A DNA stretch of 64,000 nt, from positions 758,624 to 822,623 of the forward strand of contig CP070693.1 of NCBI GenBank assembly GCA_020353235.1, written 5' to 3'. The notes beneath the pieces are model-generated. The model had not been told where the DNA came from, searched no databases, and saw only the letters and a program-made list of their open reading frames with translations. Origin of the DNA: Dehalococcoidia bacterium. GTDB lineage: Bacteria; Chloroflexota; Dehalococcoidia; Dehalococcoidales; JAUYDJ01. Below, in pieces: positions 8,575-18,595 of this stretch. Both the position numbers and the translations under genes were made by a program. The stretch's first letter is position 1. Each line of letters starts with the position of its first letter.

Positions 8575-10272
8575 CTAGGTTCGTCCAAATTCTCTCTTTA
8601 ACTGGTCTGAACTGAGCTGAATCATGGTCGGGCGACCATGGGGACAGGTTCGGGGAGAGGTGACCTGCTCCAGCTGCCGCAGCAGCTCGCGCATTTCGTC
8701 ATCGGTCAATGTCTGCCCCGCCCTTACCGCACCATGGCAGGCCATAGATATCGCCAGAATCTCTTGCCAGTCTCCCCTCCCCTCCCCGCCAAGCGAGTCC
8801 ATCAACTCCCGCAGCACGGCGGACCAGTCCTTATCATTAAGCAGGGCGGGCACCGCCCGCACCAGAAAGGTCCGCTTGCCGAAGGGCTCAATGGTGAAAC
8901 CGAATTCTTTAAGCCCGGCGTAGTGCGATTTCAGCACCTCGTTCTGCCCCGGGCTGACCTCAATTGTTGCCGGCTCAAGGAGCCCCTGGACCTCTATCTG
9001 GGAAGGCTGGTATTTAATCCGCTCAAAAAGAATACGCTCGTGGGCGGCATGCTGGTCAATAAGATATAACCCGTCCGGGCCCTCGGCGATAATATAGCTA
9101 TTGAATAGCTGTCCCAGGACGCGCAGCACCGGCAGCGCGGCAGTCGGCGTATAATCTCCCGCTGCTGGAGCGGCAGCCCTGTCTCTAATTTCGGCTGTTG
9201 CCCACAACTCCGGCTCGGCAACCGCGGCACCGTAGCCGGCAGCTTTTTCTTCCATCCGGGGCACCGGTGCCTGCTCGATTAAAGCCCGCCGCACTGCTCT
9301 CTGGACAGCACTAAAAACAAGGTCCCCCTTGGTGAATTTTACCGCCGTCTTGGTCGGGTGAACGTTAACATCTAGCTCCTCAGGCGGGAGGGCAATATTG
9401 ATAACCGCTATCGGGTGTCTCCCCACCATCAACAGACCATGATAGGCCTCTTCTAGCGCCCGGTTCAGCAGGCAGCTATTTATCCAGCGGCGGTTAACGA
9501 AAAAGCTGAGATAGCCCCGGCTGGAACGGCTTACTGAAGGGGTACTCGTCATGCCGAGCACCTGAATCTGGTGGTCGTCCCCCCACCCCCCTTCCCCACT
9601 GACAACCTCCAGCATCTGCCGGGCAACTTCTGCGCTATAGACCGAGATAATGCTATCAATGAGGCGGCAGGTGCCGGCGGTTCTGAGGGCTACCCGGCCA
9701 TCAATGGACAGGCTGAACCTGATTTCGGGGAAGGCGAGGGCATACTGGCTCAAGACGCTGGCGATATGGCCGTTTTCGGTCGCCGCCGACTTGAGGAATT
9801 TCAGCCGGGCAGGTACCTGACGGAACAGGTTGCGCACCGTAACCGTGGTCCCTTGAGAGCGCCCCTGGCTTTCCTGCTTGACCACGGTGCCATCCCGGAC
9901 GCTGATAAAACTGCCGGGCGCCTCGCCGGCGGCAGCGGTAACCATATCCACCTGAGCCACGGCGGTGATGCTGGGCAGTGCCTCGCCGCGAAAGCCGAGG
10001 CTGGCAACCGTGCTCAGGTCTTCAAAAGCGTTTATCTTGCTGGTGGCGTGCCGGCTGAAGGCAAGCTCCACTTCCCCGGCGGGAATACCCACCCCGTCGT
10101 CGATTACCCGAATCTGGCTCAGTCCACCACCCCTGACCTCAACCGAGATTTGAGTTGCCGCTGCATCCAGCGAATTCTCCACCAGCTCCTTGACCACCGA
10201 AGCCGGGCGTTCTACCACCTCACCGGCGGCAATTCGGGAGACAACCTCGGGGTCCAGGACTCTAATCGGCAT
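8575..10272 (-). CDS. mutL: DNA mismatch repair protein MutL
   Basis: 565 aa. GHKL ATPase N-terminus (IAAGEVVERPASVVKELVENSLDA...DDGVGI) and C-terminal dimerisation/endonuclease region (DQHAAHERI). Confidence 0.9.
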   Translation of the reverse strand: MPIRVLDPEVVSRIAAGEVVERPASVVKELVENSLDAAATQISVEVRGGGLSQIRVIDDGVGIPAGEVELAFSRHATSKINAFEDLSTVASLGFRGEALPSITAVAQVDMVTAAAGEAPGSFISVRDGTVVKQESQGRSQGTTVTVRNLFRQVPARLKFLKSAATENGHIASVLSQYALAFPEIRFSLSIDGRVALRTAGTCRLIDSIISVYSAEVARQMLEVVSGEGGWGDDHQIQVLGMTSTPSVSRSSRGYLSFFVNRRWINSCLLNRALEEAYHGLLMVGRHPIAVINIALPPEELDVNVHPTKTAVKFTKGDLVFSAVQRAVRRALIEQAPVPRMEEKAAGYGAAVAEPELWATAEIRDRAAAPAAGDYTPTAALPVLRVLGQLFNSYIIAEGPDGLYLIDQHAAHERILFERIKYQPSQIEVQGLLEPATIEVSPGQNEVLKSHYAGLKEFGFTIEPFGKRTFLVRAVPALLNDKDWSAVLRELMDSLGGEGRGDWQEILAISMACHGAVRAGQTLTDDEMRELLRQLEQVTSPRTCPHGRPTMIQLSSDQLKREFGRT

Positions 10273-10320
10273 GCTAGCAATAACTATACACGGTAAGACC
10301 GAGTTATGGCAAAGGGTAAA

Positions 10321-10349
10321 TTGACACTGGGCTTCAGGGTGAGTAAAAT
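10321..10349 (+). promoter_or_regulatory. sigma70-like promoter for the glmU-like/glmS operon
   Basis: TTGACA, 17 nt, TAAAAT, 50 nt upstream of the TTG start at 10399. Confidence 0.45.
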
Positions 10350-10398
10350 CAAGCCAAGCATAGCCAGCTAATGGCTCAGGATATCAGGAGTACCCGAG

Positions 10399-11601
10399 TT
10401 GAAAGCAGTTATCTTAGCCGCCGGGGAAGGCAATCGGATGCGCCCCCTCACCTACACCCGACCCAAGGTAATGCTACCTATCGCCAACAGGCCCATTCTG
10501 GAGCACCTGCTCCTTGAAGCCAAACAGGCCGGAATCAAAGAGTTTATCCTGGTTGCCGGCTACCACGATGAACAGGTGCGGGACTACTTTGGCAACGGTG
10601 ATAAATGGGGAGTAAAAATTGACTACTGCCGCCAGCGGCGGCAACTGGGCACGGCTGATGCCCTGAAACTGGTCAGGGATCTGGTTGATGGCAACTTCTT
10701 GCTGATAAACGGGGACATTATCGTCAGCCAGGAGGATATCAAAAAGCTGGCTCACAAGCGCGATAATACCATGAGTATTGTCGAGGTCAAAGATACCCGG
10801 GAACTGGGGGTAGTGGCGGTAAAGCAGTCCAGAGTGGTCGGCATCTATGAAAAAACGGAAAAGCCCCCCTCCCATTTAGCCAATGCTGGTTTATATCTCT
10901 TCACTCCCTATATATTCAAGGCAGTATCCGGCACCGAAAAATCACCACGGGGGGAGTATGAGATAACCTCCTCCCTGCAGCTACTGATAGACAAGGGAAA
11001 TCCCGTTCTAGCCCAGAAAATAGGCTACTGGCTTGACCTGAGCTATCCCTGGGACCTGCTGCCGGCCAATGAGTTTCTGCTCGGCACCACCCAGTCGCAA
11101 AACCGGGGTGAAATAGAAGATAACGTCATCATCAAAGGTGCGGTAGCTATCGGCCAAGACAGTATTATCCGGTCGGGATCATATCTGGTGGGGCCAATCG
11201 TAATCGGGGCGGGCTGTGACCTCGGCCCCAGCTGCTATATCCGTCCCCATACCGCCATCGGCGATAACTGCCACATCGGCCACGGTGTAGAAATCAAAAA
11301 CTCGATAATCATGCCGGGCACCAAAATCCCCCACCTCAGCTATGTCGGCGATAGCATCATCGGCGAAGAGTGCAATCTCGGCGCCGGCACCAAGATTGCC
11401 AATCTCAGACTTGATAGAAGGGATATAATAGTCAGCGGTGTGGCTACCAAACGGCGTAAGCTGGGGGCGATAATCGGCGACCGGGTTGAAACTGGCATCA
11501 ATGTCAGCGTTAATATCGGCAGTATGATCGGTAACAATACCCACATCGGGCCCGGGGTAAGTGTCAGCGGGGTTATTGCCCCGCATTCAAAAATATTATA
11601 G
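10399..11601 (+). CDS. bifunctional sugar-1-phosphate nucleotidyltransferase/acetyltransferase (archaeal-type GlmU-like), paralogue 1
   Basis: 400 aa. N-terminus ILAAGEGNRMRPLTYTRPK (NTP-transferase motif) and a C-terminal left-handed beta-helix with hexapeptide repeats. TTG start with an AGGAG SD. Confidence 0.8.
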   Translation: MKAVILAAGEGNRMRPLTYTRPKVMLPIANRPILEHLLLEAKQAGIKEFILVAGYHDEQVRDYFGNGDKWGVKIDYCRQRRQLGTADALKLVRDLVDGNFLLINGDIIVSQEDIKKLAHKRDNTMSIVEVKDTRELGVVAVKQSRVVGIYEKTEKPPSHLANAGLYLFTPYIFKAVSGTEKSPRGEYEITSSLQLLIDKGNPVLAQKIGYWLDLSYPWDLLPANEFLLGTTQSQNRGEIEDNVIIKGAVAIGQDSIIRSGSYLVGPIVIGAGCDLGPSCYIRPHTAIGDNCHIGHGVEIKNSIIMPGTKIPHLSYVGDSIIGEECNLGAGTKIANLRLDRRDIIVSGVATKRRKLGAIIGDRVETGINVSVNIGSMIGNNTHIGPGVSVSGVIAPHSKIL

Positions 11602-11611
11602 AGGTAAGAAA

Positions 11612-12787
11612 ATGAAACAAGCGGTAATTCTAGCGGCTGGTGAGGGACAGAGACTGAGGCCATTTACCGCCACCAAGCCCAAGGTAATGCTGACCATAGC
11701 CGGCAAGCCGATACTGCAGTATGTGGTTGAGTCACTCGCCCGGCGGGGGATTCGCAACATTGTGCTCGTCGTCGGCTACCGCCGGCAGCAGATATTTGAC
11801 AGTGTCGGCTCGGGGGAGGAACTGGGGGTGGAGATAACCTATGTCACCCAGGAAAAGCAGCTGGGTACCGCCCATGCCCTCGCCCAGGCAAAGGCTAAGG
11901 TTGATAAAGAGTTTCTGGTTCTGCCCGGCGACAATCTGATTGACGCCGACACCATTGCCTGCCTTGAGAGCCTGACGCCGGATGCCATGCTGGTGAAGAG
12001 GGTGGATAACCCCCTGAGATACGGTGTGGTAACCCTGGCCGAAAGCGCGGTCAAGGATATCACCGAGAAGCCCAAGGAAGCCGCCAGCAATATCGTCAAT
12101 ACCGGTATCTATGCCTTTACCCGGAAAATCTTTGATTTTATTGAGTCCGAGCTGGATATTCCCGATGTCCTCAACAAAATGATTGCCCAGGGCCATCAAG
12201 TCAGGGCTAGAGAAACCGACAGCACCTGGCTGGACGTAGCCTACCCCTGGGATATATTAAGCCTGAACAGCATCGTCCTGCCGCGAATCCCGGCCAGCCT
12301 GGGAGGTATCATTGAGACCGGCGCTTCGCTAAAGGGGCTGGTCTCGGTAGGTAAAGATACGGTGATAAGGTCAAACTGCTACATCTCCGGTCCGGTGGTT
12401 ATCGGCACCGGCTGTGAGATTGGGCCCAACGCCTGCATTCTGCCCGCCACCAGTATCGGCAACAATGTGGTTATCTCACCCTTCACCGAGATAAAAAACA
12501 GCGTCATTGGCAACGATGTCAGCCTGGGGCCAGGCTGCTTCATCCAGGACTCGGTTATTGACCGGGGGAGTATCATCGAAGGGCAATTCACCGCCTTCAG
12601 CCGTCAGGCTGAGGTCAAGATTGACGATGAGCACCACTCGGTCAGTGTCGGGGCAATGCTCGGCGAGGACTGCCAGATTGGCAGCGGCGTGGTGGCCCAG
12701 TCCGGCGTCGTCGTCGGCAATCACAGCCAGATACAGGCCCTGAAGATAATCAGCGGTCGGTTACCCGACCGTAGTCTGGTCATTTAA
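11612..12787 (+). CDS. bifunctional sugar-1-phosphate nucleotidyltransferase/acetyltransferase (GlmU-like), paralogue 2
   Basis: Same architecture (ILAAGEGQRLRPFTATKPK plus hexapeptide repeats). I chose the ATG at 11612 (GAGG SD) over the ORF-track start at 11561, which overlaps paralogue 1. Confidence 0.8.
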   Translation: MKQAVILAAGEGQRLRPFTATKPKVMLTIAGKPILQYVVESLARRGIRNIVLVVGYRRQQIFDSVGSGEELGVEITYVTQEKQLGTAHALAQAKAKVDKEFLVLPGDNLIDADTIACLESLTPDAMLVKRVDNPLRYGVVTLAESAVKDITEKPKEAASNIVNTGIYAFTRKIFDFIESELDIPDVLNKMIAQGHQVRARETDSTWLDVAYPWDILSLNSIVLPRIPASLGGIIETGASLKGLVSVGKDTVIRSNCYISGPVVIGTGCEIGPNACILPATSIGNNVVISPFTEIKNSVIGNDVSLGPGCFIQDSVIDRGSIIEGQFTAFSRQAEVKIDDEHHSVSVGAMLGEDCQIGSGVVAQSGVVVGNHSQIQALKIISGRLPDRSLVI

Positions 12788-12789
12788 AT

Positions 12790-14571
12790 ATGTGTGGTAT
12801 TATTGGCTACATCGGCTCAAGGCAAGCCCAGCCCATATTGCTTAACTGTCTGGGCAGGCTGGAATACCGCGGTTATGATTCCTGTGGTATCGCAGTGTCC
12901 GAGCACGGCATCAACGTATGCAAGGATGCCATCCGGGTGGAAGCCCTGAAGAAAACGATGCCCCGGCTCAACGGGACCGCCGGCATCGGTCATACCCGCT
13001 GGGCAACCCACGGTGCGCCGTCCCTGATAAACGCCCACCCCCACCTCGACTGCAGCGGCAAGATTGCCGTGGTGCACAACGGCATAATCACCAACTATCA
13101 GAAATTAAGAGACCAGCTAACCGGTGAGGGGCACCAGTTTGTCTCCGAGACGGACACCGAAGTAATACCCCACCTGATTGAGAAGTACTATCACGGCAAC
13201 CTAGAAACCGCCGTAGCCGCTGCCCTGAATGATATCGAGGGCTCCTATGCCATCATCGTGCTGGCTACCGATGAGCCCAAGCTGGTCGCCGCCCGCAAGG
13301 ATAGCCCGATAATCATCAGCCTGGGTGACCGGGAAAACTTTATCGCCTCCGATGTGCCAGCGATTCTGGACTACTCCAACCGGGTGGTATACCTGGAAGA
13401 CGGTGACATCGGCGTTATTACCACCGACAGCATCAAGGTCAGCCGGCGCGGCAGCGAAGTGGCCACCAAAGTGCACCAGATATCCTGGACGGTGGAGGAT
13501 GCCCAGAAGGCGGGCTACGAGCACTTCATGCTCAAGGAGATACACGAGCAACCCAAGGTAATACGGGATACCCTGGCCGGCTGGGTCTCCGGTGAGGCAC
13601 TGGAGGATTTAGCCACGATGTGGGCCGACGACATCAACGCCCTGCTGATATTAGCCTGCGGCACCTCCTACCATGCCGCCCTAATTGGCAAACAGATGGG
13701 GCAGGAGCTGCTCAAAATTCCGGTGCGGGCTGAGCTTGCCTCTGAGTTCAACTACTCAACTCAACTCCTGGACCGGACGCTGGCGATTGCCATTACTCAG
13801 TCCGGCGAGACCGCCGACACTCTGAAGGCGATGAAAAAACTGAAAGAGGTGGGCTGTCAGACTCTAGCCATCACCAATGTGGTCGGCAGCACCGCCAGCC
13901 GAATTGCCGACCGGACCCTCTATACTAGGGCTGGCCCGGAGATAAGCGTCGCCGCCACCAAGAGCTTCACCGCCCAGCTTATGGTGTTATACCAGCTAAT
14001 GATGGCCCACCCTGAAATTGGGGCGCGTAAATTAAACAGCATGACCAAAGAACTGCGACAACTGCCCAATAAGGTGCAGCAGGTGCTGGACAACGAGGGT
14101 GAGACGGCACAGTACGCCCAAGAGCTGTCCCGATACGAAAACATATTCTACATCGGACGGGGGATAAACTTCCCGGTAGCCCTGGAGGGAGCCCTCAAGC
14201 TGAAGGAGATCTCCTATATTCATGGTGAGGGCTATGCCGCCGGGGAGCTGAAGCACGGTCCCTTTGCCCTGCTGGGCAGTGATACCCCGGTGATTGCCCT
14301 TTTAGCCCCGGACGACACCTACGAGCCGATGCTGACCAACATCAAAGAAGTCAAGGCAAGGGGTTCAGCCATCATTGCCCTTACCCGTGAGGGTGACGAG
14401 GATATTGAGAAAATAGCGGATAAAGTCCTTACTGTGCCCCAGGTTGAGGCGATATTCTCACCGGTGGTGAATACGGTCGCCCTGCAGCTGCTGGCCTACT
14501 ATGCCGCCAGAGAGAGGGACTGCCCCATAGACTTTCCGCGAAATCTAGCCAAAAGTGTAACCGTAGAATAG
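12790..14571 (+). CDS. glmS: glutamine--fructose-6-phosphate aminotransferase
   Basis: 593 aa. Ntn-amidotransferase N-terminus MCGIIGY, two SIS domains and the C-terminus 'NLAKSVTVE' are diagnostic. Confidence 0.95.
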   Translation: MCGIIGYIGSRQAQPILLNCLGRLEYRGYDSCGIAVSEHGINVCKDAIRVEALKKTMPRLNGTAGIGHTRWATHGAPSLINAHPHLDCSGKIAVVHNGIITNYQKLRDQLTGEGHQFVSETDTEVIPHLIEKYYHGNLETAVAAALNDIEGSYAIIVLATDEPKLVAARKDSPIIISLGDRENFIASDVPAILDYSNRVVYLEDGDIGVITTDSIKVSRRGSEVATKVHQISWTVEDAQKAGYEHFMLKEIHEQPKVIRDTLAGWVSGEALEDLATMWADDINALLILACGTSYHAALIGKQMGQELLKIPVRAELASEFNYSTQLLDRTLAIAITQSGETADTLKAMKKLKEVGCQTLAITNVVGSTASRIADRTLYTRAGPEISVAATKSFTAQLMVLYQLMMAHPEIGARKLNSMTKELRQLPNKVQQVLDNEGETAQYAQELSRYENIFYIGRGINFPVALEGALKLKEISYIHGEGYAAGELKHGPFALLGSDTPVIALLAPDDTYEPMLTNIKEVKARGSAIIALTREGDEDIEKIADKVLTVPQVEAIFSPVVNTVALQLLAYYAARERDCPIDFPRNLAKSVTVE

Positions 14572-14587
14572 CCGCTGGGGGCTAACG

Positions 14588-16186
14588 CTAAGCCTTGCTG
14601 AAGACCTTTCTTATATCGGGGTGAAGGCTGCGACCAATCTTGGCCACCGCCTCGTATCTGAGCTGGTTGAGTTTTCCCTGCTTTTGGGCAAACTCAGCCG
14701 CTGAATAAAGCTTCTCCGGATGCACGAAAATATCATCCACTATTCTAATCGCTTTGGGCACCTGAAAGCCGGTAGGCGAATCTATCCAATCTTCAAGACC
14801 ACCCCTGAGCAGTGAGTCCAGTACCCCCATGGTGTATTCCAGCTTGATATCCTTGAAAGGTGCCCCCTCCCCGATGCCCCCGGTATTCAGTAGATAATAA
14901 TTAAGGTGGGGAAGACCCTTAATTATTTGGTAGAAGATATTGGCATGCTGAGCCAGGTCACCGGCGACAAAGGGGTCATAGAAAAACTCGCTTCTGATTT
15001 GGCCGGCCTTAGTGGGGTCACCTGCCGAAGACTCCATCGCCTGCCCCAGAATCATCAGGGTGGTCGCCTGCTCCTGGGTCAGTTTTGATATGGCCGGAAT
15101 CAACGGTCCCCGGGTAATAAGAATCAGGTTATCTATCTGATCGACATCAATATAACGGCTTGCATGCATAAAATCACTTCTCAGGATAACGGCCCGTCCG
15201 TTGGAGGTCTTTTCCAGATTATAGAAGTCAAAATCACCGTCATCATTGACATGAACATTTTCGCAGACGGTGTCCGGCTTTAACAATCCGTAGAATATCT
15301 CGGTCTGTTCCCCCGGGTTTACCCCTTCGGTTTTAACGAATACTCCCCCTGCCTCAAAGCCGTGAAAGGAGCCGTCAGGCATAAGGACCCCCCCATCATC
15401 CTGGATAAGCCAGGAGCGTTCGTTCCCCTTTCTGGCCAGGATGCGGCAGGTGGTAGTCGTCTTCCCATTAGCACTCAGGGCGACAAGCAGCGTCCGGTTC
15501 AGTTGGTAATCTCCATGTACTGATTGCAGGTAGTCTTCCCGGCAGCCGGCATGCAGGAAGATACCGCCACGCCGGGTCTTGGCTACCCAGTCCTCAGCGG
15601 CAAAGACCCCCTTCTTATACTAACCGATGTAGTTACCATTCCTGATTACCTTGACAAAGCGGCCGCCATCCATCATCGCCAGCCGGATAGTAATATCTTT
15701 CTGAGGTAGGGGCTTAGTTTTATTAGCCTCAAACGCCTCATCAGCGAAGAATATAACATGGTAGGCGGGCTGCTTCACCTCTTGCTTCGCCGGCATAAAG
15801 AGATTTCCCCCGCCGTAGGCGACATGGGCAAAACGCTCCGGGACAATTAACCGGACCACGGTATCGCTGTCCTTGTTGCCCACAATTCTATCAGTGGAAA
15901 TAAGTTTTTCTTTGGCCAGGGCTGCCTCGCACTGGGCTAACAGCTTTTCTTCTTCCTTGCCAAAGGAACAGTCAACGCTGTTCTTGGTAAACATCGCCGA
16001 GCGGGAGCTGGGTTCACTTTCGGCGACAAAATTTCCGTAGGCCGTCTGCCTGACGCCGGGTTGCTTCTCCAGAAGCCTCCGCAACTCGGCCACCGCAGGG
16101 TTGTTGACCAGTCTCTTTTCAGCGATAGCCTTATCCCTGATTCTCTCCGCGGTCCGGACAAACTGCTCCAAATCAAACTTAGCCAC
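14588..16186 (-). pseudogene. pckA: ATP-type PEP carboxykinase-like gene interrupted by a single in-frame TAG (15620..15622)
   Basis: My translation across the gap between ORFs 15620..16279 and 14588..15382 stays in one frame. It reads ...RNGNYIG*YKKGVFAAEDW...HAGC...LSANGKTTTT...NTGGIGEG. That gives 532 codons from a GTG at 16186 (AAGGAG SD 6 nt upstream). Confidence 0.7.
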
Positions 16187-16299
16187 TTCAATCTCCTTAT
16201 CGGGTTTACCGGCCAGAAACAGGTTGATAAGCAACCCGTTAATATTATAGCATATGCTTAGCGCCAGGACTAACCCCAAAATCTCAGGGCAGCGGAATA

Positions 16300-16839
16300 T
16301 TGACCGCCGAGAGATTAAGGTATAATAAAGGTGGTGGGTGGTCTGTGATTCGGGAATGTCAATCAGGTGAGGTGAAAGAGATATATGCTATCATCAATGA
16401 GGCGGCTAAAGCCTATGAAGGAGTTATCCCGGCTGACCGCTACCACCAGCCCTATATGCCGATGGCTGAACTCAAGCGGGAGATGAAACAGATGACCTTC
16501 TTCGGCGAGGAGATAAACGGGGAACTGGTCGGGGTGATGGGATTCCAGCCCGTCAGGGACATTACCCTCATCCGCCATGCCTATGTTTTACCGCAGTGGC
16601 AGAGACAGGGAATCGGCAGCCGTCTGCTCGGCTATCTTGAGCAACTGGTGGCTACGCCCCGCCTGCTGGTGGGAACCTGGGCGGAAGCCCGCTGGGCAAT
16701 TGCCTTCTATCAAAAGCACGGCTTTCACCTGCTGCCCGACAAGGATGAGCTACTCAGAACCTACTGGAACATCCCCCAGCGTCAAGTTGAAACCTCAGTT
16801 GTGCTCGGGGTTGATATCAAAAAGGAGACAAAGGAGTAG
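16300..16839 (+). CDS. GNAT-family N-acetyltransferase
   Basis: 179 aa with acetyl-CoA-binding motif QRQGIGSRLL. The exact start is uncertain; an internal GTG follows a GGTGG SD. Confidence 0.75.
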   Translation: MTAERLRYNKGGGWSVIRECQSGEVKEIYAIINEAAKAYEGVIPADRYHQPYMPMAELKREMKQMTFFGEEINGELVGVMGFQPVRDITLIRHAYVLPQWQRQGIGSRLLGYLEQLVATPRLLVGTWAEARWAIAFYQKHGFHLLPDKDELLRTYWNIPQRQVETSVVLGVDIKKETKE

Positions 16840-16841
16840 AG

Positions 16842-17198
16842 ATGGATAGCAAGTGGTGTAGTCGAATTATGCAAGCTACCATGATTGCTCTCGTTCTGGC
16901 GGCAATATGCCAGGAACTGGAAAAGCCGGAAGCGGAAAGAAAGTGGCACGGGAAGGTTGCCGGCTTTGTCCCCTATGACTTCCGCATACCCACCAAAGAA
17001 AAACTGAAAGAAGCCTACTGGAATCCTATGGAGAGACGGGTCTTTACTCCAGAGGTCTTCGGCATTGGCTGGGCAGTCAATTTCTACCGCCTGCTGGAGA
17101 ATATGGGGATAATCAGTCAGGATGTCTCCGAGAAAAGCTTCCTGATGCCGACCAAGTCCATCAAAGAGGTGCTGGAACAGGCTCAGCCAGCCGATTGA
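16842..17198 (+). CDS. hypothetical small membrane protein
   Basis: 118 aa with one N-terminal TM. Its start lies 2 nt after the GNAT stop. The 3' end overlaps convergent mtaB by 38 nt. Confidence 0.45.
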   Translation: MDSKWCSRIMQATMIALVLAAICQELEKPEAERKWHGKVAGFVPYDFRIPTKEKLKEAYWNPMERRVFTPEVFGIGWAVNFYRLLENMGIISQDVSEKSFLMPTKSIKEVLEQAQPAD

Positions 17199-18465
17199 GT
17201 CCCCACAACCCATCCCCGTTAACCCCCCCTAATTCAATCGGCATGAGCCGATTGGCTAAATTGCGCTTACTTCTGATATATACCTTGATGTAGTTATCGG
17301 TATAGCCCGACCACACCCCGTTGGTGCGCTTCTCCCACAAGACAGGGCGTGTCTTACCCCGAAAGCGCTGAGCGAATTCCCGGCTGCTTTCTCTGGCCAG
17401 AGCCAGCATTTTCTGGCTCCGCAGCTGCTTGACTTGGTCGCCGATCTGCCCCGGTAGATGAGACGCTGCCGTCTCCTGGCGCGGGGAGTAAGCAAAGACA
17501 TGAAGGCGGGCAAAGTGCATTCGCCGACAGAAATCATAGCTCTCACTAAATTCAGCCTCCGTCTCACCCGGGAAGCCGACGATAACATCAGTGGTGATGG
17601 CTGCCTCAGGCAGTGAATCCCGAATTAAGGCTAGCGCCTGCTGATAATCAGTCGTAGTATAGCGCCGCTTCATCCGACCCAGCACCGCATCACTGCCACT
17701 CTGCAGGGACAGATGAAAGTGAGGGCACAGTCTTTCATCGGGCCACAGCCCGATAAGCTCAGCGGAGATTTCATAGGGCTGGAGAGAGGACAACCTCAAC
17801 CTATTGACACCGGTGCCGGCCAAGATGTGCTCAATTAACCCCTTTAGATTAACGCCGTTATAGTTATAGGCGCCAATTCTGGTGCCGGTTAACACCACCT
17901 CCCGATAACCATCAGCTACCCTCTGGTTGACTTCGGTAATAATCTGGTCAACCGGCAGGCTCTTCTCCTCCCCCCGCACCAGAGGCACAATACAGTAGGC
18001 ACAATAGTTACCGCAGCCGTCCTGAATCTTGATGAAGGCACGGGTCCTGAAACCGGTATAGCTCCGGCGGACCGGCTCGGGCAGAGCCCGGCGGGGACGG
18101 CAGAGGTAACCGTGCCCCTCAAGCCGGCTGACCAAATCGGCTTTGGCGTTATTGCCCAGCACCAGGTCAACCCCATTAATTTGGGCCAGCTCCTGAGACG
18201 CCCGCTCGGCATAGCAGCCGGTAGCCACCAGTCGGGCATCAGGGTTTTGCCGGTGGGCCCGCCGGAGCAGGTGGCGTGACTTGCTATCGGCAACATGGGT
18301 GACGGTGCAGGTATTCAAGATATAAATATCTGCTTCATCGGCGTCGGCTACCAGCCGGTAGCCAGCGGCGGTCAGCTGCTTAGCCAGGAGCTCAGTCTCT
18401 GCCTGATTGAGCTTGCAACCAATGGTATCCAAGGCAATCTTACTGCCTCTTTGGTCAGTGCTCAT
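17161..18465 (-). CDS. mtaB: tRNA methylthiotransferase, MiaB/MtaB family (radical SAM)
   Basis: 434 aa. N-terminal UPF0004 domain (GCKLNQAETE), radical-SAM CGNYCAYC motif and a C-terminal TRAM-like region. Confidence 0.8.
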   Translation of the reverse strand: MSTDQRGSKIALDTIGCKLNQAETELLAKQLTAAGYRLVADADEADIYILNTCTVTHVADSKSRHLLRRAHRQNPDARLVATGCYAERASQELAQINGVDLVLGNNAKADLVSRLEGHGYLCRPRRALPEPVRRSYTGFRTRAFIKIQDGCGNYCAYCIVPLVRGEEKSLPVDQIITEVNQRVADGYREVVLTGTRIGAYNYNGVNLKGLIEHILAGTGVNRLRLSSLQPYEISAELIGLWPDERLCPHFHLSLQSGSDAVLGRMKRRYTTTDYQQALALIRDSLPEAAITTDVIVGFPGETEAEFSESYDFCRRMHFARLHVFAYSPRQETAASHLPGQIGDQVKQLRSQKMLALARESSREFAQRFRGKTRPVLWEKRTNGVWSGYTDNYIKVYIRSKRNLANRLMPIELGGVNGDGLWGLNRLAEPVPAPL

Positions 18466-18595
18466 TTCAGGTTAAATTATACTTGCCGTGCCCTCACGCG
18501 GTCAAAGCCTAAATTTGCCCGCAGGCTGAAATTATGCCATAATATTAGCTATACTCAAGGGGTTACAGCTAAGCCGGAGAGGAGGGATAAACCCA

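Noticed and set aside
9571-10296. 241-aa plus-strand ORF antisense to mutL
   Set aside because: It is a shadow ORF of mutL, Gly/Pro/Ala-rich, with no start context.
12780-12792. glmS ribozyme
   Set aside because: glmS starts 2 nt after the preceding gene, so there is no leader to hold a ribozyme.
15620-15622. Pyrrolysine or reassigned-TAG reading of the pckA amber codon
   Set aside because: TAG clearly terminates neighbouring genes (holA at 29..31, ychF at 2550..2552, glmS at 14569..14571). No pyl genes lie in the window. The codon aligns with a conserved Glu reachable by one substitution. A nonsense mutation or an error is more parsimonious.
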